A stretch of 42,223 bases of DNA from Laspinema sp. D2d (GTDB taxonomy: Bacteria > Cyanobacteriota > Cyanobacteriia > Cyanobacteriales > Laspinemataceae). The notes beneath the pieces were generated by a model. The model did no database searches. It was not told where the DNA came from and saw only the letters and a list, made by a program, of their open reading frames with translations. Location: contig NZ_JAMXFC010000004.1 of assembly GCF_025370755.1 (NCBI RefSeq), positions 39,282-81,504 on the forward strand. Reading direction: 5' to 3'. The first letter of the stretch is position 1, and every line of letters begins with the position of its first letter. Shown in pieces: positions 1 to 9,343 of this stretch. The position numbers and the translations under genes were made by a program.

Positions 1-110
1 CGTTTCCTCTCCCATATCCCCCCCATCTCCCCCATCTCCCCCATCCCCCCCATCTCCCCCATCTCCCCCACCCTCCCCATCTCTCCCAATTACATCTTTA
101 ATCTCGATCC
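1..110 (+). repeat. C-rich tandem repeat (CCCCATCT / CCCCCATCT units, about 10 copies) immediately 5' of the ORF starting at 125; the opposite strand reads GGGGAGATGGGGG...
   Basis: Read directly: ccccatctcccccatctcccccatccccccatctcccccatctccccc... Related copies at 5851-5905 and 9991-10030. Confidence 0.8.
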
Positions 111-124
111 GATATGGTCTTGTT

Positions 125-1687
125 GTGATTGAATTAGAAGTCCACCAGCAACTCAGAGCATTCCTGCGATCGCAGGGTGAGCCCTATTGGCCGCATCATT
201 TGTCGATGGCGCGGTTAGTGGCCCGTGCGTTTCGGGTGGGTCGTAGTGCGCTAATTCAAACCGGCATCCCTTCCGTCGGTGCTCATGGCGGACATCGCCT
301 CAGTTACTTGACTCCGATCCTAATTTGGCCCGGACCGGCGATTTTAGTCGCCCCAGAAGCAATTCAACAACGATTACTGTTGGTGGAAATCCCCCAGATG
401 CAGCAGTGGATTGAAACCAATAAGACCATTCGCACCGTCACCGATGGGGCTTCGGGCGGTTGGCGGTGGCCCGGTGCGGATTTTCAAGGATTGCTGATTA
501 TTTCCCCGAGATTGTGGTTAGAAGATGTTCTGGGCGATCGCACCAAAATCCCCCCAGGAATTCCCACCATTATTGATGGCGCTGACGACCTAGAATCCTG
601 GGCCAGTGAACAACTCAGCATCACCCTACAATCCTGGGACTGGAATCAACTCATGGTTTCCCGTCCTGATTGTGCCGCGATGATTCGCGATGCCAGGGTA
701 CAACTGACTCGCGCCTTGTTCCAACATCCCGCCAACCCCTACGGATGTTCAATGCTGGAGTCGGAGGAAGAAGAAATCTTACAGGGTCTCTATCACACCT
801 TACAACAGCGCAACTGCACTCCCACCCTACCTAGTAATCCCCCAGAACTGCCCGATCGCTGGATGCACTTTTGGCAGCAGTTTCACAGCGGCAATCGCCT
901 CCTTTGGGCCGCCATTGACCGAAAATTGGGCCAATTTACTCTCTCTGCAACCCCAGTGGAAGTAGCCTCTGCCCTCGGGCCCATTTGGGACCAACAGCCC
1001 ATCGTGTTGATTGGGGGGGCATTAGATTTAGAAACCTCAGCGCCTATTTATCGCCAACAATTGGGATTAGGAGATGTCACAACCCTGAAATTCTCTCCCG
1101 ATCGCCAAAATGAGATGATTCAACTTTATTTACCCGAGGGGATTCCCATGCCGAATACTCCTCAGTTTGAAGCAGCATTATTAGAACAACTCCGAACCCT
1201 ACTTTGTATCGCGGCAACCACTACCGGACCAATTGTGATTCTGGTAGGAGATGTCCCCCTCAAACCCCGCTTAGGGTCAATTTTGGCCGCAGAGTTTGGG
1301 TCTCGGGTGCAGGTAGAAAAGACTCCAATTGATGAACCGAGTATTTTAATTACGGGTTGGGAATTTTGGCGAGAACATCAAGGTACATTACCTCCACCCA
1401 AATTGCTGGCGATCGCCACCTTACCCATTCCCTCTTTAGAAAATCCCTTAGTTGCGGGTCGTGTTGCTCACTACAAACGCGAACGGCAAGACTGGTTTAG
1501 ATTGTATCTATTACCGACTGCCCTGCGAGAACTCCAACGGGCGATCGCGCCCGTTCGTCAACGCCAAGGCATTGTCGCCCTCCTCGATAGTCGCGTCCTT
1601 TACCGCAGCTATGGCACTCAAGTCTTATCCGCCCTCAGTCCCCTCGCCCGCATTGACTATTTAGATGCCACTTCCTTTGTGAATTAA
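125..1687 (+). CDS. conserved cyanobacterial protein, possibly a DinG/Rad3-family helicase-related protein (C-terminal helicase-like region); GTG start
   Basis: 520-aa ORF with uniform codon usage and embedded HIP1 sites. N-terminus VHQQLRAFLR...WPHHLSMARLVARA resembles DinG-like proteins of cyanobacteria. No Walker A motif seen. Confidence 0.55.
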   Translation: MIELEVHQQLRAFLRSQGEPYWPHHLSMARLVARAFRVGRSALIQTGIPSVGAHGGHRLSYLTPILIWPGPAILVAPEAIQQRLLLVEIPQMQQWIETNKTIRTVTDGASGGWRWPGADFQGLLIISPRLWLEDVLGDRTKIPPGIPTIIDGADDLESWASEQLSITLQSWDWNQLMVSRPDCAAMIRDARVQLTRALFQHPANPYGCSMLESEEEEILQGLYHTLQQRNCTPTLPSNPPELPDRWMHFWQQFHSGNRLLWAAIDRKLGQFTLSATPVEVASALGPIWDQQPIVLIGGALDLETSAPIYRQQLGLGDVTTLKFSPDRQNEMIQLYLPEGIPMPNTPQFEAALLEQLRTLLCIAATTTGPIVILVGDVPLKPRLGSILAAEFGSRVQVEKTPIDEPSILITGWEFWREHQGTLPPPKLLAIATLPIPSLENPLVAGRVAHYKRERQDWFRLYLLPTALRELQRAIAPVRQRQGIVALLDSRVLYRSYGTQVLSALSPLARIDYLDATSFVN

Positions 1688-2119
1688 AGGAATTCCAAAC
1701 AATAAAATATCCAAAACGACGAGTTGCAGGCTAATGTGATAGCAGGCTTTCAAGCTTTGGGGTAAGCCGTTTCTCCCCATCGAAGGTAGGAAATTGGTGT
1801 TGTCAGTAACAGCCGACCTCTGGTAGAAAAGGATATAATACGGAATTCGGTTGATAAAAGTCGTTTTTTGATAGCCCGCCTGTGCGCTTTTATACGAAAA
1901 CCGACTTTTATTAACCTGATTTGGTATCAGTTGACATCACTGGCATGGTGTTAAAAAGTAGGAGGAACTAAAAAAGTCTGTTTTGAAGTGGGGACTTCTA
2001 CTTATCCCTTGATTTCCAGGCGTTCTCTCGAAAAGTGAGGAGAACAGATGTGGAACTTTGATTTTGTTTTACCCTAATTTCAAACCTTCCGATATCCGTG
2101 AATTATTCAAGTTTGGAAT

Positions 2120-2686
2120 ATGAAAATACAACGAACAATTTACTGGGACAAGCTGGCCGAGATTGAAGAGTTACAAGAATACTTTCAAAAAGATTTGCCA
2201 CTTTTTCAGAAGATTATGGAAGAGCATACTGAAGAACTCGAAAAATTTTCTGAGCAAACCCTAGATAAATTTAGCAAAATCCGGGCATTAGAAGTGACTA
2301 ATGGTTGCACTCAATGGGGGTTTCGTCGCGGCGATAAAGAATGCTTGTCGATGGAGCAGACTCAGGAATGTATGAACGTAGTTATAGGGTTTATGAAGCG
2401 CACAGAATTATATTTTCCCAGTGAAGGAAAAATTGAATTTGATGAAGCAGAAAAAACATTTCTTCATGCGGCGCGATCGCTTTACCAAAATGCGTTTAAA
2501 AATAACGTCAAAGGCGCAAGACTCGAATTTCACGCCACTTCAACCGCACAATTTATTGTTTTTGGACATGAACGGATGCACCGAGCTATGGCATTAGTGA
2601 AACAAGATTATGAAGAGCTTTTTTCGCCTTTTTATATTGAAAAGGGACAAAAATATATTATGCGCTACTTAAAAGGGTTTGCCTAA
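2120..2686 (+). CDS. hypothetical protein in an AT-rich islet
   Basis: 188-aa ORF with clearly lower GC than its neighbours. It is flanked by about 430-nt and 480-nt non-coding spacers. No recognisable domain. Confidence 0.45.
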   Translation: MKIQRTIYWDKLAEIEELQEYFQKDLPLFQKIMEEHTEELEKFSEQTLDKFSKIRALEVTNGCTQWGFRRGDKECLSMEQTQECMNVVIGFMKRTELYFPSEGKIEFDEAEKTFLHAARSLYQNAFKNNVKGARLEFHATSTAQFIVFGHERMHRAMALVKQDYEELFSPFYIEKGQKYIMRYLKGFA

Positions 2687-3169
2687 ACATCGCCGCCGTG
2701 TAAAACTTTAAGAGGTTTAATCATTAAATCTACCTCTTTAAAAATAATTGAATTCTATAATCAAAGCCGGTGCTTAAATAAGGCAGATGGCCAGCTATAG
2801 CTAATTTTGCTGACATTTTGATAAAAATGGCTGTTAATAGGATACGGATAATGTTCAAACTTTTATCAAGTCGTTATGTAAATCATCGTCTATCCTGATT
2901 CACTCTAGGTTCGGCATCTGTTTAATCCTTTCTATAATTTGAGGTTCTATACAGAGTTGGGGGACTCCTAAACTGTAGAAAATTGAGCCGTTATCAGAAA
3001 TTTTATCAAGTTTTTTCTTACCTCTCCCTGATTTAGAGTGGAGGCCATTCCCGAATGGCCCCTACCGAGTGATTTCCGCTCCTGGGTGACCGATTCATTT
3101 TGTTCAGTGTTTACTAAACGGTTCAAACTTTGCTACAATTGTGAATAAAGCAATTCATCTGGGGCAAAT

Positions 3170-3655
3170 ATGTCCAGAGTCGATAAAGAGGTGCAACAGT
3201 TTGAACTGAGGCGCTTTGTGGAAGAAGTGGGGCTGTTGTTTGAACTGAGTGGAATGCCGAGGATGGCGGGGCGAATTCTCGGGTGGTTGTTGATTGCAGA
3301 CCCTCCGCATCAGTCCCTCAGCGAACTGGCGGAAGCGTTACAGGCTTCTAAAGGGTCGATCAGTACGATGTCTCGGTTGTTGATTCAAGCGGGGATTGTC
3401 GATCGCGTTAGTTTACCGGGCGATCGCCGCGATTATTTTTGTATCAAGTTGGATGCCTGGACCGAATTAATTCAACAAAAAACCGCCCAAATTAAAGCGA
3501 TTCGAGAGATAGCTGAACGGGGACTGGGGTTACTGGAAGGAGAACCGGACCAACGTCGGCAACGACTGGAAGAAATGCGAGATTTTCACGCGTTTTTTGA
3601 AGGGGAACTGCCTCGGTTGAGCCAACGCTGGGAACGTGAACGCCAGGGTGGGTGA
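3170..3655 (+). CDS. GbsR/MarR-family winged-helix transcriptional regulator
   Basis: 161 aa. Motif GMPRMAGRILGWLLIADPP...SLSELAEALQASKGSISTMSRLL is typical of GbsR/MarR_2 regulators. It sits directly upstream of an efflux operon. Confidence 0.7.
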   Translation: MSRVDKEVQQFELRRFVEEVGLLFELSGMPRMAGRILGWLLIADPPHQSLSELAEALQASKGSISTMSRLLIQAGIVDRVSLPGDRRDYFCIKLDAWTELIQQKTAQIKAIREIAERGLGLLEGEPDQRRQRLEEMRDFHAFFEGELPRLSQRWERERQGG

Positions 3656-3756
3656 GTCAATTTAGTCTAAATTGAACCCGCGCTAACGATGCGATCGCCA
3701 TCTGAATCCCCCATAATCCTCGGTCAATCTGTGAGCCTAAATTTTTTAAAAACATC

Positions 3757-5784
3757 ATGAATCCCGGCACCTCTCCATCGGGAAATAGGAGAACCCCAAT
3801 GCAACGGCCATCTCGTGTAGAGCAAGTTACCGACTCTGAAAATAACCATAAAAAGCCGCCCCTACCTTCTCCCAAACCGGATATTAAACCGGAAGGGAAA
3901 CGGCGGTACAAACGGGTAATTATCGCAGCGATCGCCGCTGGATTATTAGGCGTCGGCATCTTCGCCTATAAAACCTACCAAAACGCCCAACCGCGCACCG
4001 ATGCGATCGCCGAAATTACGGTCCCCGTAGACACCCAAACCTTAACCGTCCGCATCCAAGCCAGTGGCACAGTCAGACCCATTCAGAGTGTCAACCTTTC
4101 CCCCAAAACCACAGGCCGGATTGCTCAATTATATGTCGAACAAGGGGACCAAGTAGAAGCAGGTGCCATCATTGCCCGCATGGAAAGTCAGGACGTAGAA
4201 GCCCAAAGACTCCAAGCAATGGCACGAGTAGAACAAGCTCAAGCCCGACTCGCTCAACTGCGCGCCGGAAATCGACCCCAGGAAGTCGCTCAAGCGCGGG
4301 CGAGACTGGCGCAAGCTGAAGCGCGACTCGACCAACTGCGGGCCGGAAATCGGCCCCAGGAGATTCTCCAAGCAAGGGCGAGACTGGCGCAAGCGGAAGC
4401 CCGACTCGACCAACTGCGTGCCGGAAATCGTTCCCAGGAAGTCGCTCAAGCGCGGGCGCGACTGGCGCAAGCGGAAGCCCAACTCGCCCAACTGCGCGCC
4501 GGAAATCGCTCCCAGGAAGTGGGTCAAGCCCGTGCCAGATTGACTCAAGCGCAAGCGCGGTTAGATGCACTGCGTTCCGGGAGTCGGCAAGATGAGATTG
4601 CTCAAGCTCAAACTCAAATTGAAGAAGCGGAGGCTACCTTGTCTCTGACGGCAGAACGAGTGCGCCGGAATCAAGAATTGGTCGATGAAGGGGCAATTTC
4701 TCGCGATCGCTTTGATGAAGTCGTCACAGAAAATCGTCGGGCACAAACCAGTTTAGAGCGATCGCAGCAACGGTTAGAACAACTGATTCGGGCTCGGGAA
4801 GAAGCGATTATCGAAGCTGAAGCCCAAGTCACCGAAGCGCGTCAAGCCCTTGAACTGCAAGCCAGTGGTGCTCGCCCGGAAGAAATAACCCGCGCCGAAG
4901 CGGAAGTTGCGGAAGCGCGCCAAGGATTGGAAATCCAAGAAATCGGTGCTCGCCCGGAAGAAATCACCCGCGCTGAAGCGGAAGTTGCGGAAGCGCGTCA
5001 AGGAGTGGAAATCCAAGAAATCGGTGCTCGCCCGGAAGAAATCACCCGCGCCGAAGCTGAAGTTGCTGAAGCGCGACAAGCCTTATCGGTACAAGAAAGC
5101 GGTGCTAGACCTGAAGAACTCCTACGAGTGGAGGCGGAAGTGCGCGAAGCCGAAGCGCAACTCAAAGCCGTAGAAGTGCAAGTAGAAGATACCATCATTC
5201 GCGCCCCCTTCGCGGGACAAATTACCCAGCGATATGCTACAGAAGGCTCATTTGTCGCCCCAACCACAGCGGCATCCAGTGCGGGAAGTGCGACATCGAC
5301 CTCGATTGTGGCCCTGGCAAGAGGGTTAGAAATTTTAGCTCAAGTCCCGGAAGCGGATATCAGCCGAATTCGCTCGGGTCAACAGGTGGAGATTCGGGCG
5401 GATGCCTATCCCGATGAACGATTTCAAGGAAAGGTGAATTTAATTGCCCCAGAAGCGATTCGGCAACAGGATGTAACGCTGTTTGAGGTGCGGGTCGATT
5501 TGGAATCTGGGATGGAGACGTTGCAATCGGGGATGAATGTAGATGTGACATTTTTAGGGGAGCAATTGGATAATGCTTTAGTAGTTCCGACGGTGGCGAT
5601 CGTCACCAACCGAGGGGAAACCGGGGTGTTGATTCCTGATGCAGAAGGTAAGGCGGAATTTCGTCCGGTGACGATTGGACCAACCTTGGGGAATCAAATT
5701 CAAATTTTGGAGGGTTTGAATCCAGGCGATCGCGTGTTTATTGGTCTTCCAGAAGGGCAAAAGTTGGAGGATATTTTAAATTAA
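3757..5784 (+). CDS. HlyD/DevB-family membrane-fusion (periplasmic adaptor) protein with an expanded coiled-coil
   Basis: N-terminal basic region plus one TM helix (VIIAAIAAGLLGVGIFAY). A very long Ala/Gln/Arg-rich coiled coil with RAGNRPQE hairpin motifs. A C-terminal beta-barrel/lipoyl-like region (IIRAPFAGQI..., VVPTVAI). The true start may be the Met at 3799. Confidence 0.85.
   Translation: MNPGTSPSGNRRTPMQRPSRVEQVTDSENNHKKPPLPSPKPDIKPEGKRRYKRVIIAAIAAGLLGVGIFAYKTYQNAQPRTDAIAEITVPVDTQTLTVRIQASGTVRPIQSVNLSPKTTGRIAQLYVEQGDQVEAGAIIARMESQDVEAQRLQAMARVEQAQARLAQLRAGNRPQEVAQARARLAQAEARLDQLRAGNRPQEILQARARLAQAEARLDQLRAGNRSQEVAQARARLAQAEAQLAQLRAGNRSQEVGQARARLTQAQARLDALRSGSRQDEIAQAQTQIEEAEATLSLTAERVRRNQELVDEGAISRDRFDEVVTENRRAQTSLERSQQRLEQLIRAREEAIIEAEAQVTEARQALELQASGARPEEITRAEAEVAEARQGLEIQEIGARPEEITRAEAEVAEARQGVEIQEIGARPEEITRAEAEVAEARQALSVQESGARPEELLRVEAEVREAEAQLKAVEVQVEDTIIRAPFAGQITQRYATEGSFVAPTTAASSAGSATSTSIVALARGLEILAQVPEADISRIRSGQQVEIRADAYPDERFQGKVNLIAPEAIRQQDVTLFEVRVDLESGMETLQSGMNVDVTFLGEQLDNALVVPTVAIVTNRGETGVLIPDAEGKAEFRPVTIGPTLGNQIQILEGLNPGDRVFIGLPEGQKLEDILN
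4258..4569 (+). repeat. in-frame 78-nt (26-aa) tandem repeat, 4 copies (LRAGNRPQEVAQARARLAQAEARLDQ), inside the membrane-fusion gene
   Basis: Units begin at 4258, 4336, 4414 and 4492 with more than 85 % nucleotide identity. Confidence 0.85.
4867..5178 (+). repeat. second in-frame 78-nt (26-aa) tandem repeat family, 3 full copies plus 1 diverged (GARPEEITRAEAEVAEARQGLEIQEI), inside the membrane-fusion gene
   Basis: Units begin at 4867, 4945 and 5023 and are nearly identical. A fourth copy at 5101 is diverged. Confidence 0.85.
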
Positions 5785-5850
5785 AGGGGATTGTCTCATA
5801 GTAAAGACCTAAACTGTGCATTAGCCATTTAAGCCCTAGGTCACGAAGTA

Positions 5851-5905
5851 TATCTCCCCCATTCTCCCCATCTCCCCAATTCTCCCCATCCTCCCTATCC
5901 TCACA
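5851..5905 (+). repeat. C-rich polypyrimidine repeat (CTCCCCA-type) 5' of the permease gene
   Basis: tctcccccattctccccatctccccaattctccccatcctccctatcctc lies immediately upstream of the ATG at 5918. Confidence 0.7.
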
Positions 5906-5917
5906 CTCAAAAAAAAC

Positions 5918-7135
5918 ATGAACTTCTTAGAAAGCGTAAAAATGGCATCAAAAACCCTAGTTGCCAATAAAATGCGAAGTGGTCTAACGATGCTAGGGAT
6001 TATTATTGGCAATGCGTCGGTGATTGCGACGATTGGGATGGGTGAGGGTGCTCAAAATTTTGTGGGTCAGCAGGTGGAATCTTTGGGGACGAATTTGTTA
6101 TTTATTGTGCCGGGAAGTCCCAAGGCTCAAACTCGTCCGGTAAGTTCTCCTCAGACATTGGTGTTAGCTGATGCGGAGGCGATCGCCTCTCAAGTTACCT
6201 TGGTAAAGGAAGTATCGCCGCAAATCACTGGGATGCAGCGCGTTACCTACGGCAATACCAATCAATCCACAACGGTTGTTGGCGTGACGCCGGAGTTTTT
6301 GACCGTCCGGAGTTTTGATGTGGCTCAAGGTCGATTTATTACGAACTTGGATTTAAAACGCAATGAACAGGTAGTCGCATTAGGTGCAGATGTTGCAGAA
6401 ACTTTGTTTGGAAATACTGACCCGATTGGGAAACAAATCCGCATTAAAAATGTATCATTTTCGGTGATCGGCGTGATGCAACCCAAGGGTTCTACATTTG
6501 GACAGAACCAAGATGATGTAGTGTTGGTACCGTTAACGACGATGGCGAATCGAATTACGGGGAATACGTCACCCTATGGGACGAGAATTAATTTTATTTC
6601 CGTGTCGGTGCAGAATGAGGAGAGCATGAGGGCGGCACAGTTCCAAATTGAGAATTTGCTGCGACTGCGACATCAGATTATTGATGAAGATGATTTTACG
6701 GTGCGCAATCAGAAGGATTTACAGGCAACAATGGGGGCAATTACGGGGGCGTTAACGTTGTTGTTAGCAGCGGTTGCTAGTATTTCCCTGTTTGTTGGGG
6801 GGATTGGGATTATGAATATTATGTTAGTTTCAGTGACGGAACGCACAAAGGAAATTGGATTGAGAAAGGCGATCGGGGCATCTCAGCAGGATATTTTAAT
6901 GCAGTTTGTGATTGAAGCGGTGATTTTATCCGTTGCTGGGGGTTTGGTGGGAATTTTTGTCGGGGTAAGTGGAATTCTGCTGATTGGGAGTTTAACCCCC
7001 TTTGATGCGGGCGTTTCTACGATGGCGATCGCCTTAGCAACCGGCGTATCTGGGGCAACGGGGTTATTCTTTGGAGTGATTCCCGCTAAAAAAGCCGCTC
7101 AACTTGATCCGATTGTCGCCTTGCGCGGTGCTTAA
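5918..7135 (+). CDS. ABC-transporter permease, MacB/DevC-like (MacB periplasmic domain plus FtsX 4-TM domain); no fused ATPase
   Basis: 405 aa. One N-terminal TM helix, a large periplasmic domain, and C-terminal FtsX-like helices (GGIGIMNIMLVSVTERTKEIGLRKAIGA). Co-oriented 134 nt downstream of the membrane-fusion gene. Confidence 0.85.
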   Translation: MNFLESVKMASKTLVANKMRSGLTMLGIIIGNASVIATIGMGEGAQNFVGQQVESLGTNLLFIVPGSPKAQTRPVSSPQTLVLADAEAIASQVTLVKEVSPQITGMQRVTYGNTNQSTTVVGVTPEFLTVRSFDVAQGRFITNLDLKRNEQVVALGADVAETLFGNTDPIGKQIRIKNVSFSVIGVMQPKGSTFGQNQDDVVLVPLTTMANRITGNTSPYGTRINFISVSVQNEESMRAAQFQIENLLRLRHQIIDEDDFTVRNQKDLQATMGAITGALTLLLAAVASISLFVGGIGIMNIMLVSVTERTKEIGLRKAIGASQQDILMQFVIEAVILSVAGGLVGIFVGVSGILLIGSLTPFDAGVSTMAIALATGVSGATGLFFGVIPAKKAAQLDPIVALRGA

Positions 7136-7206
7136 TAAAACCTAGAGCGGTGAGAACTCCTATCCTGCTACGAGTTGGACAGTTGGAATTTTAATCTTTG
7201 CTCTTC

Positions 7207-8193
7207 TTATAATAGATTTTGCTGTTTAATTTGAACAGCTAATTCCTGAATCATCGGAATGCAAACTGAATTACCAATCTGTTTATAGCATTCTCCGATA
7301 CTAGGATGTTTTTTGAAGTTATCGGGAAATCCCATAATTCGATAACACTCATTTAGGGTTAATTTCCGCACCGCATTTTCTTCAGGAATGTAAATAAAAA
7401 ATCGGCCTGATGTTTCCTGGGAGGGTAAGGTTGGATGAACCCCTTTCACGGAATAAATGCGATTAGGTTGTCTATGAACTCTGGATAGATGTTCTGTATT
7501 GGGCCTAATTCCGGTTTTCCAGATATTTTTATTACGATACCCGACAAAAATTAAGCCTGAAGTTTGGGGTTTAGGATGTTCGATTAACGTGTATTCATCC
7601 GGCTTCAAATACTCAAAATGTCCTTGTTTATCTAAATATACTTCAAGGCTAGGGGGAGAAAATTGTTTCGAGATTAAATCAAAATTAAACTTTTGATTTA
7701 AAGTACCAATAATAATAACCCGCTCTCGATTTTGGGGTAAATTGAAATCTTTAGCATTCAATAAACTATAAGTAACGCAATAACCTAAATCTTCTAAGGA
7801 ATAAAGAATTGTATCTAATACTTTGCCTTGGTCAAGATGAAGGAGGTGCTTAACATTTTCCAAGACAATCACTTGAGGTTTTTTTATTTCAATGATTTTG
7901 CATAAGTGAAAAAATAGGGTTCCTCGCGTATCCTTAAACCCATTTCGTTTTCCAGATATACTAAAAGGCTGACAAGGGAAACCCGCTGTTAGCACATCGT
8001 GATTTGGGATGTTTTTAATATCTAAAGTCGTAATATCTTTTTCCGGTAACTCCCCAAAATTTTGATAATAAACTTTCTGGCAAGCGTCATTAATTTCACA
8101 AGAGTAAACACAATGATAGCCTGCTTTTTCAAAGGCAAGACGGAATCCTCCAATTCCAGCAAATAAGTCAATAAATTTAATTGAATCAGTCAC
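7207..8193 (-). CDS. DNA (cytosine-5)-methyltransferase (Dcm/type II m5C MTase), apparently orphan
   Basis: Motif I FIDLFAGIGGF, motif IV FPCQPFS and motif VI ENV are all present in canonical order. The gene is strongly AT-rich compared with its flanks. Confidence 0.9.
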   Translation of the reverse strand: MTDSIKFIDLFAGIGGFRLAFEKAGYHCVYSCEINDACQKVYYQNFGELPEKDITTLDIKNIPNHDVLTAGFPCQPFSISGKRNGFKDTRGTLFFHLCKIIEIKKPQVIVLENVKHLLHLDQGKVLDTILYSLEDLGYCVTYSLLNAKDFNLPQNRERVIIIGTLNQKFNFDLISKQFSPPSLEVYLDKQGHFEYLKPDEYTLIEHPKPQTSGLIFVGYRNKNIWKTGIRPNTEHLSRVHRQPNRIYSVKGVHPTLPSQETSGRFFIYIPEENAVRKLTLNECYRIMGFPDNFKKHPSIGECYKQIGNSVCIPMIQELAVQIKQQNLL

Positions 8194-8434
8194 TAATTTT
8201 AAAATTGAATTAAATGGAGTTTTAACAATTATAGAATATAACCTATAGAAATTGCAGGAGTGTGGGAGTGGGACGCTGTTGGATGCGGCGAAACAAGCTA
8301 CGAAACTGGATCCGGTTGTTGCCTTTGGGAGTGTCTTGGGTGTTTATCTGATTCACACTTTGTCTATAAACTAAAAGCGATCGCTCTTTTGTTTTGAGTA
8401 GCGATCGCTTGTTTATTTTTATAATCACAGGATT

Positions 8435-8737
8435 TTAAGAGCTTTTACTAATTACTCGGAGGTGTCCCCAAAAATCTACATACCGCACATTCGAGTTGGC
8501 GGATACCCGCACTGAACCCATGCTTAGGGCCATTTGCTTTACAATTCTTAACTCTTCAGGATATCGCGGTTGGGGGTCATTTTCTAACCAAATCGGGGGG
8601 ACCATCATGGGATCGTAGGCTGCAATGGTATCGATGACGCCGGGTCGGTCCTTGAACTGTACCTGCTGTCCCGGGTGAAAAACTACCGCTTCTTCTTGTT
8701 CTAGGTCCTTATCAAATCCAATTGTTACAGCAACCAT
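8435..8737 (-). CDS. hypothetical protein
   Basis: 100-aa ORF in the AT-rich islet. No recognisable domain. Confidence 0.35.
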   Translation of the reverse strand: MVAVTIGFDKDLEQEEAVVFHPGQQVQFKDRPGVIDTIAAYDPMMVPPIWLENDPQPRYPEELRIVKQMALSMGSVRVSANSNVRYVDFWGHLRVISKSS

Positions 8738-9228
8738 AAATTTCTCCTTATATCTTTGTATTTTTATTTAGACTAACCTTTTTTGGTCAAGGTTTGCTAA
8801 AAAATACAAAAATTGTTACAAACTTGACAGAAAAATAAAATTCTTCCTAAATCACCCTGTTGAATCTATCTCTGGGTAGGTGTAAATGGTGAATCCCAAG
8901 CCCCAAAACTCAAGGAAATTAAGGGTTTGAGCCGTTGACGGACCGAATTAGTGTTTGGGTTAATGTGGATTAACGCAGCCATTTTATCGCCAGAAGTATT
9001 ACCCCAGGGTTGTTTTAGGGATTCTAACAAGACTGAGTTAGTAATAATCTGGAAAAATTATTAAGGTTAGGAGGGTTTGGGAGAAAATAGCAACAAAAGT
9101 TGCCCCTCAATTAAGTAATTCTGCTTAAGTATAAATTCTTATTGAGTTCAAAATATCCCAGTTAACAAGGCAGTATTGATCCTAAATTTCAGTAAATAAG
9201 TAAATAGACTTACGGCCTATAAAAATAA

Positions 9229-9260
9229 GGGAGGGACATCGCTTAAGCGGTGTCCCTCCC
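9229..9260 (-). terminator. rho-independent terminator for the ExoD gene (14-bp stem, TTAA loop, T-run on the minus strand)
   Basis: gggagggacatcgc ttaa gcggtgtccctccc. On the minus strand it is followed by ttatttttat. It lies about 85 nt after the ExoD stop. Confidence 0.6.
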
Positions 9261-9343
9261 TTTCCCGTAAAAATCACGTGTTAAATCCTGGGAGTCAAAG
9301 CAGGCATTTTCTAAAGGGGAGACTGCTTTTGAATCAAACCGAG

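Noticed and set aside
3657-3959. 100-aa minus-strand ORF overlapping the membrane-fusion gene start
   Set aside because: It overlaps the 5' end of a strongly supported gene on the opposite strand and has no RBS or domain. It is spurious.
4258-5178. Possible CRISPR-like array suggested by the regular 78-nt direct repeats
   Set aside because: The repeats are contiguous with no unique spacers between them. They are in frame and translate to a coiled-coil heptad sequence inside a membrane-fusion-protein gene.
4129-5267. Several antisense and alternate-frame ORFs (4129-4554 -, 4169-4570 -, 4774-5079 -, 4907-5173 +, 4998-5267 -) inside the membrane-fusion gene
   Set aside because: They lie entirely within the 78-nt repeat regions of a well-supported gene. 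Their open frames are a by-product of repetitive, GC-rich, stop-poor sequence and they have no independent signals.
7136-8434. Restriction endonuclease or Vsr partner for the C5-methyltransferase
   Set aside because: The only neighbouring ORF (8243-8428, 61 aa) is too small and has no nuclease motifs. There is no convincing partner, so the MTase is treated as orphan.
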